DNA of 64,000 nt from Verrucomicrobiales bacterium (lineage in GTDB: Bacteria; Verrucomicrobiota; Verrucomicrobiia; Verrucomicrobiales; DEV007): contig JANQJH010000454.1 in the NCBI GenBank assembly GCA_028281705.1, positions 23,385-87,384 on the forward strand. The letters run 5' to 3'. Shown here piece by piece: positions 9,175 through 19,251 of this stretch (positions within the stretch are counted from its first letter, which is position 1; each line of letters starts with the position of its first letter). The position numbers and the translations under genes were made by a program. The notes beneath the pieces are model-generated. The model was not told the DNA's origin. It did not search any database and saw only the letters and a list, made by a program, of their open reading frames with translations.

Positions 9175-10203
9175 ATGAGCGCCTACCTACCGGATCCCGA
9201 TCGCTATGACGGACGCATGCCCTATCGGCGCACCGGCCGGTGGGGGCTTCAGCTTCCCGAGATCACGTTAGGATGCTGGCACAATTTTGGGGGTGAGAAG
9301 CCGACCGGCTTGCAGCGTGAGATGCTGACCACCGCGTTCGACTGCGGGATCACTCAGTTCGATCTGGCAAACAACTATGGTCCTCCTTACGGCAGTGCGG
9401 AGTCCAATGTGGGCCAGCTTCTCAAGGAATTCCCTCGCGACGAACTCATCATCACGAGCAAGGCGGGGTATGATATGTGGCCCGGGCCCTATGGAGAGTG
9501 GGGGACGCGAAAGTACCTCCTTGCCAGCCTCGACCAGTCTCTCGCCAGGCTTGATCTCGATTATGTTGACATCTTTTACAGCCATCGGTTCGATCCGGAC
9601 ACACCGCTGGAGGAGACCATGAGCGCCCTCAACACGGCCGTGGAACAGGGAAAGGCACTCTATGTCGGCATCAGCAGCTACGATAGCGAGCAGACTCGCG
9701 AAGCGGTCCGTCTCTGCCGCGAGAACAGCTGGGCGCCCCTCGTCATTCATCAGCCTAACTATTCCATGTTGAATCGTTGGATTGAGACGAGCCTGATCGA
9801 GACCTGCACCCAGCTGGGGCTTGGGATGATCGCCTTTTGTCCCTTGTATCAGGGATTGCTTACGGACAAATACCTCAACGGCGTGCCTGCGGGATCACGG
9901 GCCTCCCTGCCCAATTCTCCTCTGCGCGCGGCCGAAGTGGAAGAGCAGGTCGTCCAGGGGATCCGAAGACTGAACGCCCACGCTGGGGAACGCGGACAGA
10001 CCATGGCGCAGATGGCCCTCTCCTGGGTATTGCGTCATCCTGGTGTGACCAGCGCGCTCATTGGCGCGAGCCGGCCCGAACAGATCCGTGATAATGTGAA
10101 GGCGGTGAAGAACACGCGCTTCGATGCGGATGAAATCGCCAAGATCGATGGCATCCTCAAAGAAATCCAATTGCCCGCCTCTCTCTGGGCAGGCGGCGAG
10201 TAG
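9175..10203 (+). CDS. Aldo/keto reductase, YghZ/Gpr-like (L-glyceraldehyde-3-phosphate reductase type)
   Basis: AKR signatures are present: GCWHNFG, FDLANNYGPPYGSAE, LDLDYVDIFYSHRFDP, ALYVGISSY, LIGASRPEQI. Confidence 0.85.
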   Translation: MSAYLPDPDRYDGRMPYRRTGRWGLQLPEITLGCWHNFGGEKPTGLQREMLTTAFDCGITQFDLANNYGPPYGSAESNVGQLLKEFPRDELIITSKAGYDMWPGPYGEWGTRKYLLASLDQSLARLDLDYVDIFYSHRFDPDTPLEETMSALNTAVEQGKALYVGISSYDSEQTREAVRLCRENSWAPLVIHQPNYSMLNRWIETSLIETCTQLGLGMIAFCPLYQGLLTDKYLNGVPAGSRASLPNSPLRAAEVEEQVVQGIRRLNAHAGERGQTMAQMALSWVLRHPGVTSALIGASRPEQIRDNVKAVKNTRFDADEIAKIDGILKEIQLPASLWAGGE

Positions 10204-10213
10204 TTAGTTAGAG

Positions 10214-11860
10214 TTAGAGACCCCGCCGGTATTCTTCCAGGATCGTTCGAATGAGAATGGCGTTGAGCGTCTCCACCTCGAATTGTTCGATGTCCGGATC
10301 GATGTGGCCCCCGCCGATTCCGGAATCGTCCGTGATGAAAATGTATTTGCCCATGCTGGCGACGGCCAGATTGCGGAAGAGATACTCCGTGCTCTTGTCG
10401 ATTCCGCTTCCAGCGACGGGGAACAGTTTGATGGCCGAAGCGTGGGCGTCCGGGATGGCGTCACGATAGGTGTACTGTTCGTCGGGATAGTAGTGGGGGG
10501 GTGCGTCGGCCACGAGAAAGAGGAGCCTCACCGTATCCTCATCACGCCAGGAGAGTTCCCGCATGGCTTTGTAGAGGGCAGCATTGACCGACTCGGGGAA
10601 GTCGCCGCCGCCCGAGGCGCGTTGGGCCTCAATGTCGTTCTGGACCTGCACCAGATCGTCGGAGAAATCTTGGACCTTGGTGACGAACTGGTCACCGCGG
10701 TCGCGGTAGAAGATGGTTGCGATGCGGACGTCATCGATCTGTTCCGCCTGGCGGATCTGCTCGACGATGTCGATGAGTTCCTCGCGGATGAACCGCAGCT
10801 CGTCGCCCATGCTGCCGGTGACGTCGACAACCCAGGCGAGATCGAGTTTTCGCGCTTGGGAGACCTTTTTCAGCGGCACCTCGAGGGTCCACGTTTGGTC
10901 GTCGTCCTCCGTGATGGCGAGACTGGTCTCGTAAAGAGCGCCGCCCACCTGCACACTCATCGCGAGCTCTTCTTGGGTCAAGCACTCGGCGATCTCCTTG
11001 GTGAGGAAGAGCGGGATCTGGCCGTCATTGTGGGTGTGAGCTTGGGTGCCTTCGAAGCAGGCGTTGACGAAGGTGACCTTGACGTCGTGTAAGGGGCTGT
11101 CGTCAGGGTCGACGAAGCGAAGGATGACCCGGCGCTGGTGATCCAGTTGCCAGGTGGAAAAGTGCTCCGGGTACTCCTGGAGGAAGGTTTGAAACTCACC
11201 CCAGTGCTCGTGGTCGTTCCACTCCGCGGCCGTTAAAAGGTTGGCGCCCGGTTGCGGTTCGGGGTCGGGCCCCGGCCAGGGCCAGGGTTCGATGACGAAA
11301 TCTCCGCCTCCCGGCGGCGCGATCCCGCCGTCAAAAAAGGCGTCTTCCGCCAGGCGAGGATCACCGACATCTCCTACGAATCCCCCGCCGCCGCCTCCGG
11401 GCACTCCGGTGGGCCCATCCTCGCCAGGCGAGGCTGCATCCTCATCAAACTTGGGTGCGTCGGGATCGAAGGGGCGGGTGTCGCGGCCGAGTTCGAGGTT
11501 TCCCGCCGGTCTCCCGGAAGTGTAGGTATTGGTGACCTTGATGGTCTTCCCCGTGCCGTTGTCGCCGAGGTGGATGACGACGCGATAGAACATGCTGCCT
11601 TCCTCGGTTTCGAGAGTGTCGACGAGCACTTCGGCGTCGGTCCCGCTCAGGCCGGTGCGGATTGTTTTCCAGGTTTGCAGATCGGTGCTCGACTGCACTT
11701 CGTAGCGCGTCCCCGCGGTGGCGGGGAACCGGATGGTGGCCGGAGCCTCCGATGTCTTGGCAATGGCGAGGGGGACAGTCGGATCCGCAACGGAGGAGGA
11801 GGGCAAGCCCACGGCGAAGCCGACGGCGGCCAGTCCAAGGGCAGGGGAACAGATTCTCAT
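10214..11860 (-). CDS. Secreted von Willebrand factor A (VWA) domain protein
   Basis: Signal peptide MRICSPALGLAAVGFAVGL. MIDAS-type motif in LAWVVDVTGSMGDE, and later LLFLVADAPPH. Directly after the signal sits a small beta-sandwich-like module (RYEVQSSTDLQTWKTI...MFYRVVIH). Confidence 0.8.
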   Translation of the reverse strand: MRICSPALGLAAVGFAVGLPSSSVADPTVPLAIAKTSEAPATIRFPATAGTRYEVQSSTDLQTWKTIRTGLSGTDAEVLVDTLETEEGSMFYRVVIHLGDNGTGKTIKVTNTYTSGRPAGNLELGRDTRPFDPDAPKFDEDAASPGEDGPTGVPGGGGGGFVGDVGDPRLAEDAFFDGGIAPPGGGDFVIEPWPWPGPDPEPQPGANLLTAAEWNDHEHWGEFQTFLQEYPEHFSTWQLDHQRRVILRFVDPDDSPLHDVKVTFVNACFEGTQAHTHNDGQIPLFLTKEIAECLTQEELAMSVQVGGALYETSLAITEDDDQTWTLEVPLKKVSQARKLDLAWVVDVTGSMGDELRFIREELIDIVEQIRQAEQIDDVRIATIFYRDRGDQFVTKVQDFSDDLVQVQNDIEAQRASGGGDFPESVNAALYKAMRELSWRDEDTVRLLFLVADAPPHYYPDEQYTYRDAIPDAHASAIKLFPVAGSGIDKSTEYLFRNLAVASMGKYIFITDDSGIGGGHIDPDIEQFEVETLNAILIRTILEEYRRGL

Positions 11861-12028
11861 GGCAATAGGGTTAAACGACGGTGGGCGCGGAAGACGTCGG
11901 AAAAAGTTCCCGGGCCGGACGATTGAGGTCCGCCATCACCGCCATTCCATCCGGAATCGGGGGAGCGAAAGGTGACCGTGGGATCGATTTCACTTGGCTT
12001 GGCCGCACATCCCGGTAGCCTCTGGGCC

Positions 12029-12496
12029 ATGAACATTCGATCCTTTTTCTGTACTCTGGCGGTCTCTGGTGTCACCATGGTTTCGGCTTGGGCGCACTGT
12101 CAAATTCCATGTGGAATCTATGACGACCCCGCGCGCTTCAAGGCCTTGGCCGAGCACATCACGACAATCGAGAAAAGTATCAAGGAAATCAAGGCGCTCT
12201 CCAGCAAGGGGACGCTCTCTGCTGTGGAGCAGAATCAGTTGGTGCGCTGGGTGGCGAACAAGGAAGATCACGCCGACGAGTTCGCCGAGATCGTGACCAA
12301 GTATTTTCTCCAACAGCGCATCAAACCCGCGGCCGATGGCGATGCCAAGGCGGAGGCTGACGTGGCGGCGAAACTCAGCCTGCTCCACAAGCTTTTGGTT
12401 GGGGCCATGAAGTGCAAGCAGAATGCCGATGCTTCAACGACGGCGAGTTTGAAAGCTAACTTGGCGGCCTTTGAGAAGGCTTACAACGCGAAGTAA
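12029..12496 (+). CDS. sodN: Nickel-containing superoxide dismutase (NiSOD) precursor
   Basis: The nickel-hook motif HCQIPCGIYDD matches the canonical H-C-x-x-P-C-G-x-Y. It is preceded by a 22-aa leader, MNIRSFFCTLAVSGVTMVSAWA. The mature part is about 130 aa and helical. Start placed at the ATG at 12029 inside ORF 11972..12496. Confidence 0.85.
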   Translation: MNIRSFFCTLAVSGVTMVSAWAHCQIPCGIYDDPARFKALAEHITTIEKSIKEIKALSSKGTLSAVEQNQLVRWVANKEDHADEFAEIVTKYFLQQRIKPAADGDAKAEADVAAKLSLLHKLLVGAMKCKQNADASTTASLKANLAAFEKAYNAK

Positions 12497-12513
12497 TTCA
12501 TTCTTTTCTGAAG

Positions 12514-12546
12514 AGGCGCGGACACGATGTGTCCGCGCCTTTTTTC
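12514..12546 (+). terminator. Rho-independent terminator after sodN
   Basis: Perfect 12-bp stem aggcgcggacac / gtgtccgcgcct with loop gat, followed by a T-run, 18 nt after the stop codon. Confidence 0.8.
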
Positions 12547-12555
12547 TTTCCTGCT

Positions 12556-14787
12556 CTACTTCGCTGAAGATCGTTTGTCTTCCCTCGTTGCCAGCGACAC
12601 ACCGCCGGTACAGGAAACGAAGAGAACGTTTCCAAAGCCCTCGATGAGGTCGTTGGATCTTCGAACGAAGTTTTGCGCTTCTTCGCGTTCCGCTTGGGGA
12701 ACGGTGAAGGGTATCATGACGAGGGCTGCTTCCTTGGACCAGTGACGCCGGGTCTCGTCCGGCTCTTCGGCCGGAAGGATTTCAGCTGTGGCCGGAATGC
12801 GAGAGCGCTCGATCACGCTGAGGATATCAGTCCGGGCTCGATCGGCATCGCCGTTGGGGGAAATGCAATGCAGAATGCGAATGCGGTGCCGCCGCCAGCG
12901 TGTGTTTTGCGTCAGAAGATGCGCCAGGACGAGCATCAAGGTGCTGTCGGCCCCGCCGCGCCACCAGAGGTCGATGGTGCCTTGCGGAGGTTCCCAGCGC
13001 ACGCGTTTCTCCGTGGGGCAGCGGACGATGACAATGTTCTTTTCGAAGGCGTGGGACAATTGCAGCATGCCGGTGAAAGTCTCCCAGCGATCGGGATCCT
13101 CGGACCATCCTAACAAAACGGTGTTGGGCTTGACGCCGCCGATGCCGTGGCATTGCAGGAGGGAGCGCAGTCCCTCCTGGAGATCGCGGTCGACGACGAC
13201 GGCGGGAAAAGCTTCGATCTCTTCGCTCTGAATGAACTTTCGCAGCTTTTTCTCCGCCGCCCGGCGGGTATCGAGGTGATCCTCGAGGGAACCGGGAATG
13301 ATCTGGCCAAGTGTGAGGATGCCCCGGCTGGTGGTTAGCCAGTGGGCGTATTCCGTGAGGTGGTTCCGCTGCCAGGCGCCTCCGCTGAGGGCGAGGATGA
13401 TGGGCCGCCAGTTGCGGGGATGGTATTCGCCGTGTTCCAGGGTGAGGAGAGCCCGCCGGGCGCGTTCGAAGGCGAGGCCGGTGGAGACGTCGCCCCAGCG
13501 CACGCGGATCTCCTTGCGGCGGATGACGCGATAGAGGCCTATCATGGCGGCCATGGAGACGAGGGCCCAGGCGGGAGCCATGAGGAACATAACCGCGACG
13601 CAGCCGATGGCGCCGGCGAGGGCGGAGGACCAGTGGCTGAGTTTGAAGGCGGGCCGGTAGCTTGGATTGTTGGTCACCGATTCATAGAAACAGGCGAGAT
13701 TGATCGTGCCGTAGGTGACCATGAAACACATGGTGATGATGGGAGCGATGGCATTGAGATCGCCTAACAAGATGGCGGATTGCGCAATGAGAAACGTGAG
13801 GAGAGTCGCCTGGCGCGGTTCGTCGCTCGCCTTGGAGCCGCGGGCGAACCATTGGAGGGAAGAGAAGATGCGGTCGCGCGCCAGGGCTTGGAGGATACGC
13901 GGGGCGCCCATCATGCTGCCCAGAGCCGAAGAGAGGGTGGCGGCAAAAATGCCGGCGTTGATCAAGGCGGGAGACCAGGCGATGTCGAGCATGACAAAGG
14001 CATCATCTTGGAGGACTTCCCGGGGGCGGGCTCCGGCGAGGAGGAGGGCCATGCTGAGGTAGACGCAAGCCGTGACTCCAATGGCAAAGAGGGTGCCGCG
14101 AGGGATGGACTTGCCGGGTTCGCTCAGATCGCCTGACATATTCACGCCGGCCATGATGCCCGTGACCGCCGGGAAGAAGAGGGCGAACATGGTGAACCAG
14201 CTTTCGCCGGGGAGGAATTGCGGTTCGCGATTGGCCCGGAGAACGGCCCAGTCAAAATTCTGAAGGGCGCCGGCGTAAAATGAGAGGAGGGCGAGTGTGA
14301 GGATGCCGAGGATGCCGTATTGCAGGCGAATCGTCCATCCGGCGCCAATGTAGACGCAGACGAGGACAGTCACGTTGACCAGGCTGGCCACAGCCGTTCC
14401 CGAGAGCGGTAGTTGAGGGAAGACATTCAGTAGGGCCTCGCTAAAGCCGAGGACGTACATGGCCACGGAGATGGCCTGGGCGAGGAAAAACATCACGCCG
14501 ATGGCGCCGCCAAACTCCACACCGAGACTGCGGCTGATGAGGAAATAGGCGCCTCCGCCACGGACACGCGTGTTGGTTGCGATGGCAGAGATGGAGAATC
14601 CGGTCAGCGTTGTGATCAGTTTGGCGCAGAGAAGAATGAGGGCGATCTGGAGCCAGCCCGATTGGCCGACGATCTGGCCGAAGCGCAGAAACATGATGAC
14701 CCCGAGAATCGTCAGGGTGCTCGGGGTGAAGACTCCGCCGAAAGTGCCGAAACTCTGCTTCCCCGCGGTCGACCTCTCCCGGCTCAT
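12556..14787 (-). CDS. Cation-chloride cotransporter-like permease (SLC12 / APC superfamily) with a large cytoplasmic C-terminal domain
   Basis: 743 aa. The N-terminus FGTFGGVFTPSTLTILGVIMFLRFGQIVG is typical of SLC12-type transporters. About 12 hydrophobic helices are followed by a soluble domain of about 270 aa. Confidence 0.8.
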   Translation of the reverse strand: MSRERSTAGKQSFGTFGGVFTPSTLTILGVIMFLRFGQIVGQSGWLQIALILLCAKLITTLTGFSISAIATNTRVRGGGAYFLISRSLGVEFGGAIGVMFFLAQAISVAMYVLGFSEALLNVFPQLPLSGTAVASLVNVTVLVCVYIGAGWTIRLQYGILGILTLALLSFYAGALQNFDWAVLRANREPQFLPGESWFTMFALFFPAVTGIMAGVNMSGDLSEPGKSIPRGTLFAIGVTACVYLSMALLLAGARPREVLQDDAFVMLDIAWSPALINAGIFAATLSSALGSMMGAPRILQALARDRIFSSLQWFARGSKASDEPRQATLLTFLIAQSAILLGDLNAIAPIITMCFMVTYGTINLACFYESVTNNPSYRPAFKLSHWSSALAGAIGCVAVMFLMAPAWALVSMAAMIGLYRVIRRKEIRVRWGDVSTGLAFERARRALLTLEHGEYHPRNWRPIILALSGGAWQRNHLTEYAHWLTTSRGILTLGQIIPGSLEDHLDTRRAAEKKLRKFIQSEEIEAFPAVVVDRDLQEGLRSLLQCHGIGGVKPNTVLLGWSEDPDRWETFTGMLQLSHAFEKNIVIVRCPTEKRVRWEPPQGTIDLWWRGGADSTLMLVLAHLLTQNTRWRRHRIRILHCISPNGDADRARTDILSVIERSRIPATAEILPAEEPDETRRHWSKEAALVMIPFTVPQAEREEAQNFVRRSNDLIEGFGNVLFVSCTGGVSLATREDKRSSAK

Positions 14788-14904
14788 TGCCGGCTAGCTT
14801 CGGGGCGGGAGCGCCGGGGTGCAACCCGAAGTCGAGGGCGCTGAACTTCGCCGTCGAAGGTGGCTGCGTGTTGATTTCTTGAGGAAGTCGATCTACGTAG
14901 AGTT

Positions 14905-15777
14905 GTGAAAATTAGAAAGGCTGTAATTACTGCCGCAGGTGAACACCAGCGCCATTTGCCGTTGCAGACCTTTATCGACGGATCCGGGCGGAACCGAAAG
15001 GTGCTGGGGCTCCTGGTGGATGAGGCCTCATCGGCGGGCATCGAAGAGGTCGGCGTGGTGATTCAGCCGGGGACGGAGCATCTCTATCGCGATGCCATCG
15101 AGCACGTGACGGCCAATGTGACCTTCATGGAGCAAGCGGAGCCGCGAGGCTACGGGCATGCCGTGCTGAGTGCCGATCCGTTTCTCGGGGACGAGACCTT
15201 CTTGCTCATGGTCAGTGATCACGCCTACGTGAGCGAGAAAACCGGGCAATCCTGTGCCAGCCAGCTGCTCGAAGTCGCCAGTGGCGAGGGTTGCGTGGTT
15301 TCGGCGGTGCAACCGACGCACGAGGGGCGTTTGAAAGATTTCGGGGCCATTGGAGGGGTGCTCTTCGACGCGGGGCGTGAGCTCTACGAGGTCAAGGCCG
15401 TGGTGGAGAAACCGACGCCGACGGAGGCGGAGCAGACCCTGATGACGCCAGGGATCCGCCATGGGTACTACCTCTGTTTCTTTGGCATGCACGTGCTTCA
15501 GGCCTCGGTGATGGAGATCCTCAGGCGTCGGGACGCCGACTGGCAGCCCGGCGATCACCTGGATCTCTCCAGTGCCCTGCATGAGGCCGCCGGGCGGGGG
15601 CGCTATCTGGCGCAGGTGATGAAGGGGCGCCGCTATGATCTCGATTCCCGGCACGGGCTTCTCGTGGGGCAGCTCGCGGTGAGTTTGTCAGGGCACTATC
15701 GCGATGAAGTGCTCTGCGCCATCACGGATCTGTTGGCGGCCGGCGCGATGCAACAACCTGCCGAGCCGCTGACGTGA
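14905..15777 (+). CDS. Sugar-1-phosphate nucleotidyltransferase (GalU/NTP-transferase fold)
   Basis: GTG start. The N-terminus [19 protein letters not shown] resembles the GalU KAVIPAAGLGTRFLP loop, and a glycosyltransferase-A-like fold follows. Sugar and nucleotide specificity are unknown. Confidence 0.7.
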   Translation: MKIRKAVITAAGEHQRHLPLQTFIDGSGRNRKVLGLLVDEASSAGIEEVGVVIQPGTEHLYRDAIEHVTANVTFMEQAEPRGYGHAVLSADPFLGDETFLLMVSDHAYVSEKTGQSCASQLLEVASGEGCVVSAVQPTHEGRLKDFGAIGGVLFDAGRELYEVKAVVEKPTPTEAEQTLMTPGIRHGYYLCFFGMHVLQASVMEILRRRDADWQPGDHLDLSSALHEAAGRGRYLAQVMKGRRYDLDSRHGLLVGQLAVSLSGHYRDEVLCAITDLLAAGAMQQPAEPLT

Positions 15778-18700
15778 ACATGGCTTCCCCATCTTCGGCA
15801 CTCGTCCAGGTCATCACGTCGTCCCGTGGCGCCGATCGAGACATGCCATTGGAGGTCCTCTGTGCCGGACTTTCACTGGACGAACTCATGCGGGAGTGTC
15901 AGGCGCTGGACGAGTTTCGGCGTGCCTCACCCAACCTTTACCAACGGGTGCGCGCCCTCTTCTTTCTCTACGCGCTCTATCGTTTCTATATTCCTCAGGC
16001 GCTCACGGTGGAAGACGGGTCAACGCCGGGGGCGGTGGTTTCCTTTGAGGCGAACGCGCATTTGCTGGAGAGGCGGTTTGTCGAAGCCCTGGATCACTTT
16101 CTCGAAGATCAAGAGAGAGACGGGATTTCCGACGCCCTCAGCAGCGCTCTGGCGAAAGCCTATTATGAGCTTGGGATCCAAAACTTGGCCGATCAAGTTC
16201 AGGCCAGTGTCCGTGCCGTGCGCGGCAACCAGTGGATGTTTCGTACGGGTGCGATCAGCGATTACCCCTTGCGCGTCATCGGTGAACTCCGGGTCGCGGA
16301 AGCCGGGGGCTACCCCGTGGTGCACGAGACCACCGCGGTGCGCATGGATCTCTCGCACAGTGCCTGGAGCGATATCTTTTTCCTTGGCATGGATTTTCCG
16401 GGAGGTGCTCGCGTGCTCAACATCTCGGTTGACCTGGCGGTGCACGGTCGTGACTCCGTGACGAAGCCGCCGGTGGAGGCTTTTTTCCGGGTCATTGACG
16501 AGCCTCTGATCAGGCTCTCCAGCGTGGATCTCGGGGTGGTGACGGAAATCACGCAGCTCAATGATGTCTTCGATTTTGCCCAGGACTATCTTGGACTTCT
16601 CAAGGCGGCGCTCATTGCCTCCGGGGTGATTCCCATCGGGCTCGAGGGATCCGGGGAGCGCTTGGAGGCCTTGTTAGAAGATCTGGTGGGACCGGGGAGA
16701 GGAATCGAGCTCAGCAGTTGTGTCAATGATATTCCCAAAGGAAGCCGCCTGGCGGTGTCGACCAATCTCCTGGGCGGTCTCATCGCGGCTTGCATGCGGG
16801 CGACGGGGCAGACGCGATCGTTGGACGGTCCCTTGGGGGAATCGGACCGGCGTCTGGTGGCGGCGCGGGCCATTCTTGGAGAATGGCTCGGCGGTTCCGG
16901 TGGCGGATGGCAGGATTCCGGCGGCGTCTGGCCGGGAATCAAGGTCATCGAGGGCTGCGAGGCGTCGGCGGACGATCCGGAGTATGGGATTAGCATGGGG
17001 CGTCTCCTGCCCAAGCATACCTTGTTAGGCACCGACGTGATTTCCCGGGAGACGCGAAGCAAGTTGCAGGACAGTCTGGTCTTGGTGCACGGCGGGATGG
17101 CTCAGAATGTGGGGCCCATCTTGGAGATGGTGACCGAGAGGTATCTCTTGCGTTCGGCGGAGGCTTGGAAGGCGCGTCAGACTGCCATCGGCTTGTTTGA
17201 TGAGATACTCGGCGCCTTGCGCGAGGGGGATATCAAACGGTTGGGGATGCTAACGACCAAGCAGTTCATGGGGCCGCTGCAGACGATCATCCCGTGGGCC
17301 TCGACCCACTTCACGGAGCGCTTGATCGCAGCCGTGCGATCGGAGTTTGGGGAGGATTTTTGGGGATTTTGGATGCTGGGCGGGATGTCTGGCGGCGGGA
17401 TGGGTTTTATTTTCGAGCCCTCACGCAAAGCCGAGGCCGTGGAGCGGATGCAAGGAATCATGGTGGTTCTGAAAGAGCAATTGGAGCACTCGCTTCCCTT
17501 TGCCATGGATCCCGTGGTTTACGATTTTGGCATCAATGAGGATGGGAGCCGTGCTCGCCTCTTGCGGGGTGAGGATGCCTTGATGGCGGCGGGTTACTAT
17601 GCCATGACGCTCCCCCTCTTGCTGCGCCGGGACCCGAGGGCATTGACGGAGAGCAGGCGCTCGGAGATGGCGCGGTTTGAGAAGAAGGCCGACGCGGAAC
17701 CAGCCTACGATGCGGTGCGTGATCGATTGGTCTCGAATCTGTTTCCGAGGGCGGACGAAGTGCCGGGGGAAGAGGTTTCGTTAGCGTCGCTCTTGGAGGC
17801 CAATGGCTTCGACCCGGTGTTACACGAGCGAATTCGCGATGACATGCGGTGTGGGTTGATTGGGTTGTCGAAGAATCGCATGCCAACGAGTTCGGTAGTG
17901 GAGGATGTGCGCTCGGGTGATGTGGCGCTGTCTTGGGATGCCGCGGATGAGGCGCGGGGGCGAGAGGCGTTGGAAGGTGGTGAGGTGGCCGTCGTCACCT
18001 TGGCGGCAGGAGCGGCGAGTCGGTGGACGGAAGGGGCCGGTGTGGTCAAGGCGCTGCATCCTTTCTGCAAGTTTGAGGGACGGCACCGCACTTTTCTCGA
18101 ACTTCATTTGGCCAAGACGCGGGCCGCGGGCCGTGCTTTCGGGGTTTCGCCTTTGCATGTGATCACCACGAGCTATCTCACGCACCGGCCGATCCGGCGG
18201 TTCCTCGAATCTGAGGGGTATCATGGCATGGCGGAAGAAGTGATGCTCTCGCCGGGGCGATCGATCGGTCTGCGGCTCATTCCGATGCGCCGTGATCTCC
18301 GCTTCGAGTGGGAGGAGATGCCTCAGCAGAGGCTCGATGAGCGGGCGCAGAAGATGCGGGCCAGCGTGCGCGCGGCCCTCTTGGGCTGGGCCGAGAATTG
18401 CGGGGAAGGAACGGATTATCGCGAGAATACGCCCTTACAATGTCTCCATCCCGTGGGGCATTGGTATGAAGTTCCCAATCTGCTGCTCAACGGCACCTTG
18501 GCGCACCTGTTGGAGAGGCGTCCGCAATTGAAGACCTTGATGTTGCATAACATCGATACCGTGGGGGCGAATTTGGATCCTGGGATCTTGGGCTACCATC
18601 GCCGCACCGGGGCCGTGCTGACCTTCGAAGTCATCAGTCGGCGGATTGAGGACCGTGGTGGCGGTTTGGCTCGGGTTAACGGGGCGCTCCGCCTGGTCGA

Positions 18701-19112
18701 GGGCCTGGCCATGCCCCGGGAAGAGGATGAGTTCAAGCTGTCCTATTACAACTCGAACACCTGCTGGATTGATGTCGAGCGCTTGCTTCGGGCCTTTGCC
18801 TTGGAGCGTACCGATCTGGAAGATGCGGCCAAGGTAGGAGAGGCCGTGCGGGCCCTCAGTGAACGCCTGCCGACGTACATCACGCTCAAGGAAGTGAAAA
18901 AACGTTGGGGGCACGGGCAGGAAGACATCTTTCCCGTGGCTCAGTTTGAACGTTTGTGGGGAGACATGACGGCCCTTCCCGAAGTGGCTTGCAGCTATGT
19001 CGTCGTTCCCCGTGCCCGGGGGCAGCAACTCAAGGAGCAAGCCCAGCTGGATGGGTGGGTGCGCGATGGTTCGCGTGATGCGGTGGATTCTCTTTGTCGG
19101 TGGGATTGTTAA
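15774..19112 (+). CDS. Large fusion protein: degenerate GHMP (fucokinase-like) kinase region plus C-terminal UDPGP-type nucleotidyltransferase
   Basis: The GHMP elements occur in canonical order: [16 protein letters not shown] (degenerate P-x-G-S-G-L-G-S-S), [12 protein letters not shown] (compare the GGWQDQ of fucokinase/HddA), and [15 protein letters not shown] (compare GAGGGGF). The C-terminal part has UDPGP-like [14 protein letters not shown]...KALHPF and [18 protein letters not shown] at 15774 overlaps the upstream stop; an alternative ATG lies at 15780. Confidence 0.6.
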   Translation: MNMASPSSALVQVITSSRGADRDMPLEVLCAGLSLDELMRECQALDEFRRASPNLYQRVRALFFLYALYRFYIPQALTVEDGSTPGAVVSFEANAHLLERRFVEALDHFLEDQERDGISDALSSALAKAYYELGIQNLADQVQASVRAVRGNQWMFRTGAISDYPLRVIGELRVAEAGGYPVVHETTAVRMDLSHSAWSDIFFLGMDFPGGARVLNISVDLAVHGRDSVTKPPVEAFFRVIDEPLIRLSSVDLGVVTEITQLNDVFDFAQDYLGLLKAALIASGVIPIGLEGSGERLEALLEDLVGPGRGIELSSCVNDIPKGSRLAVSTNLLGGLIAACMRATGQTRSLDGPLGESDRRLVAARAILGEWLGGSGGGWQDSGGVWPGIKVIEGCEASADDPEYGISMGRLLPKHTLLGTDVISRETRSKLQDSLVLVHGGMAQNVGPILEMVTERYLLRSAEAWKARQTAIGLFDEILGALREGDIKRLGMLTTKQFMGPLQTIIPWASTHFTERLIAAVRSEFGEDFWGFWMLGGMSGGGMGFIFEPSRKAEAVERMQGIMVVLKEQLEHSLPFAMDPVVYDFGINEDGSRARLLRGEDALMAAGYYAMTLPLLLRRDPRALTESRRSEMARFEKKADAEPAYDAVRDRLVSNLFPRADEVPGEEVSLASLLEANGFDPVLHERIRDDMRCGLIGLSKNRMPTSSVVEDVRSGDVALSWDAADEARGREALEGGEVAVVTLAAGAASRWTEGAGVVKALHPFCKFEGRHRTFLELHLAKTRAAGRAFGVSPLHVITTSYLTHRPIRRFLESEGYHGMAEEVMLSPGRSIGLRLIPMRRDLRFEWEEMPQQRLDERAQKMRASVRAALLGWAENCGEGTDYRENTPLQCLHPVGHWYEVPNLLLNGTLAHLLERRPQLKTLMLHNIDTVGANLDPGILGYHRRTGAVLTFEVISRRIEDRGGGLARVNGALRLVEGLAMPREEDEFKLSYYNSNTCWIDVERLLRAFALERTDLEDAAKVGEAVRALSERLPTYITLKEVKKRWGHGQEDIFPVAQFERLWGDMTALPEVACSYVVVPRARGQQLKEQAQLDGWVRDGSRDAVDSLCRWDC

Positions 19113-19251
19113 CTGATTTCTAACAAACCAACGGTGGAACGATGATCTTACACTTGAATTGAATCCGGAGTTTGAGATTAGAGATTCATAGAACCACGCA
19201 GATCGGGCGGACAGAAGTGTCCCATCACTTGGCTTCGGGAGGGCCGTGAGA

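Noticed and set aside
10201-10216. Stop-rich string tagttagttagagtta between the reductase and VWA genes
   Set aside because: It is fully explained by two convergent stop codons 10 bp apart. No hairpin or repeat is present beyond that.
15028-15654. 208-aa ORF antisense to the nucleotidyltransferase gene
   Set aside because: Shadow ORF; the sense ORF has the GalU-type N-terminal loop.
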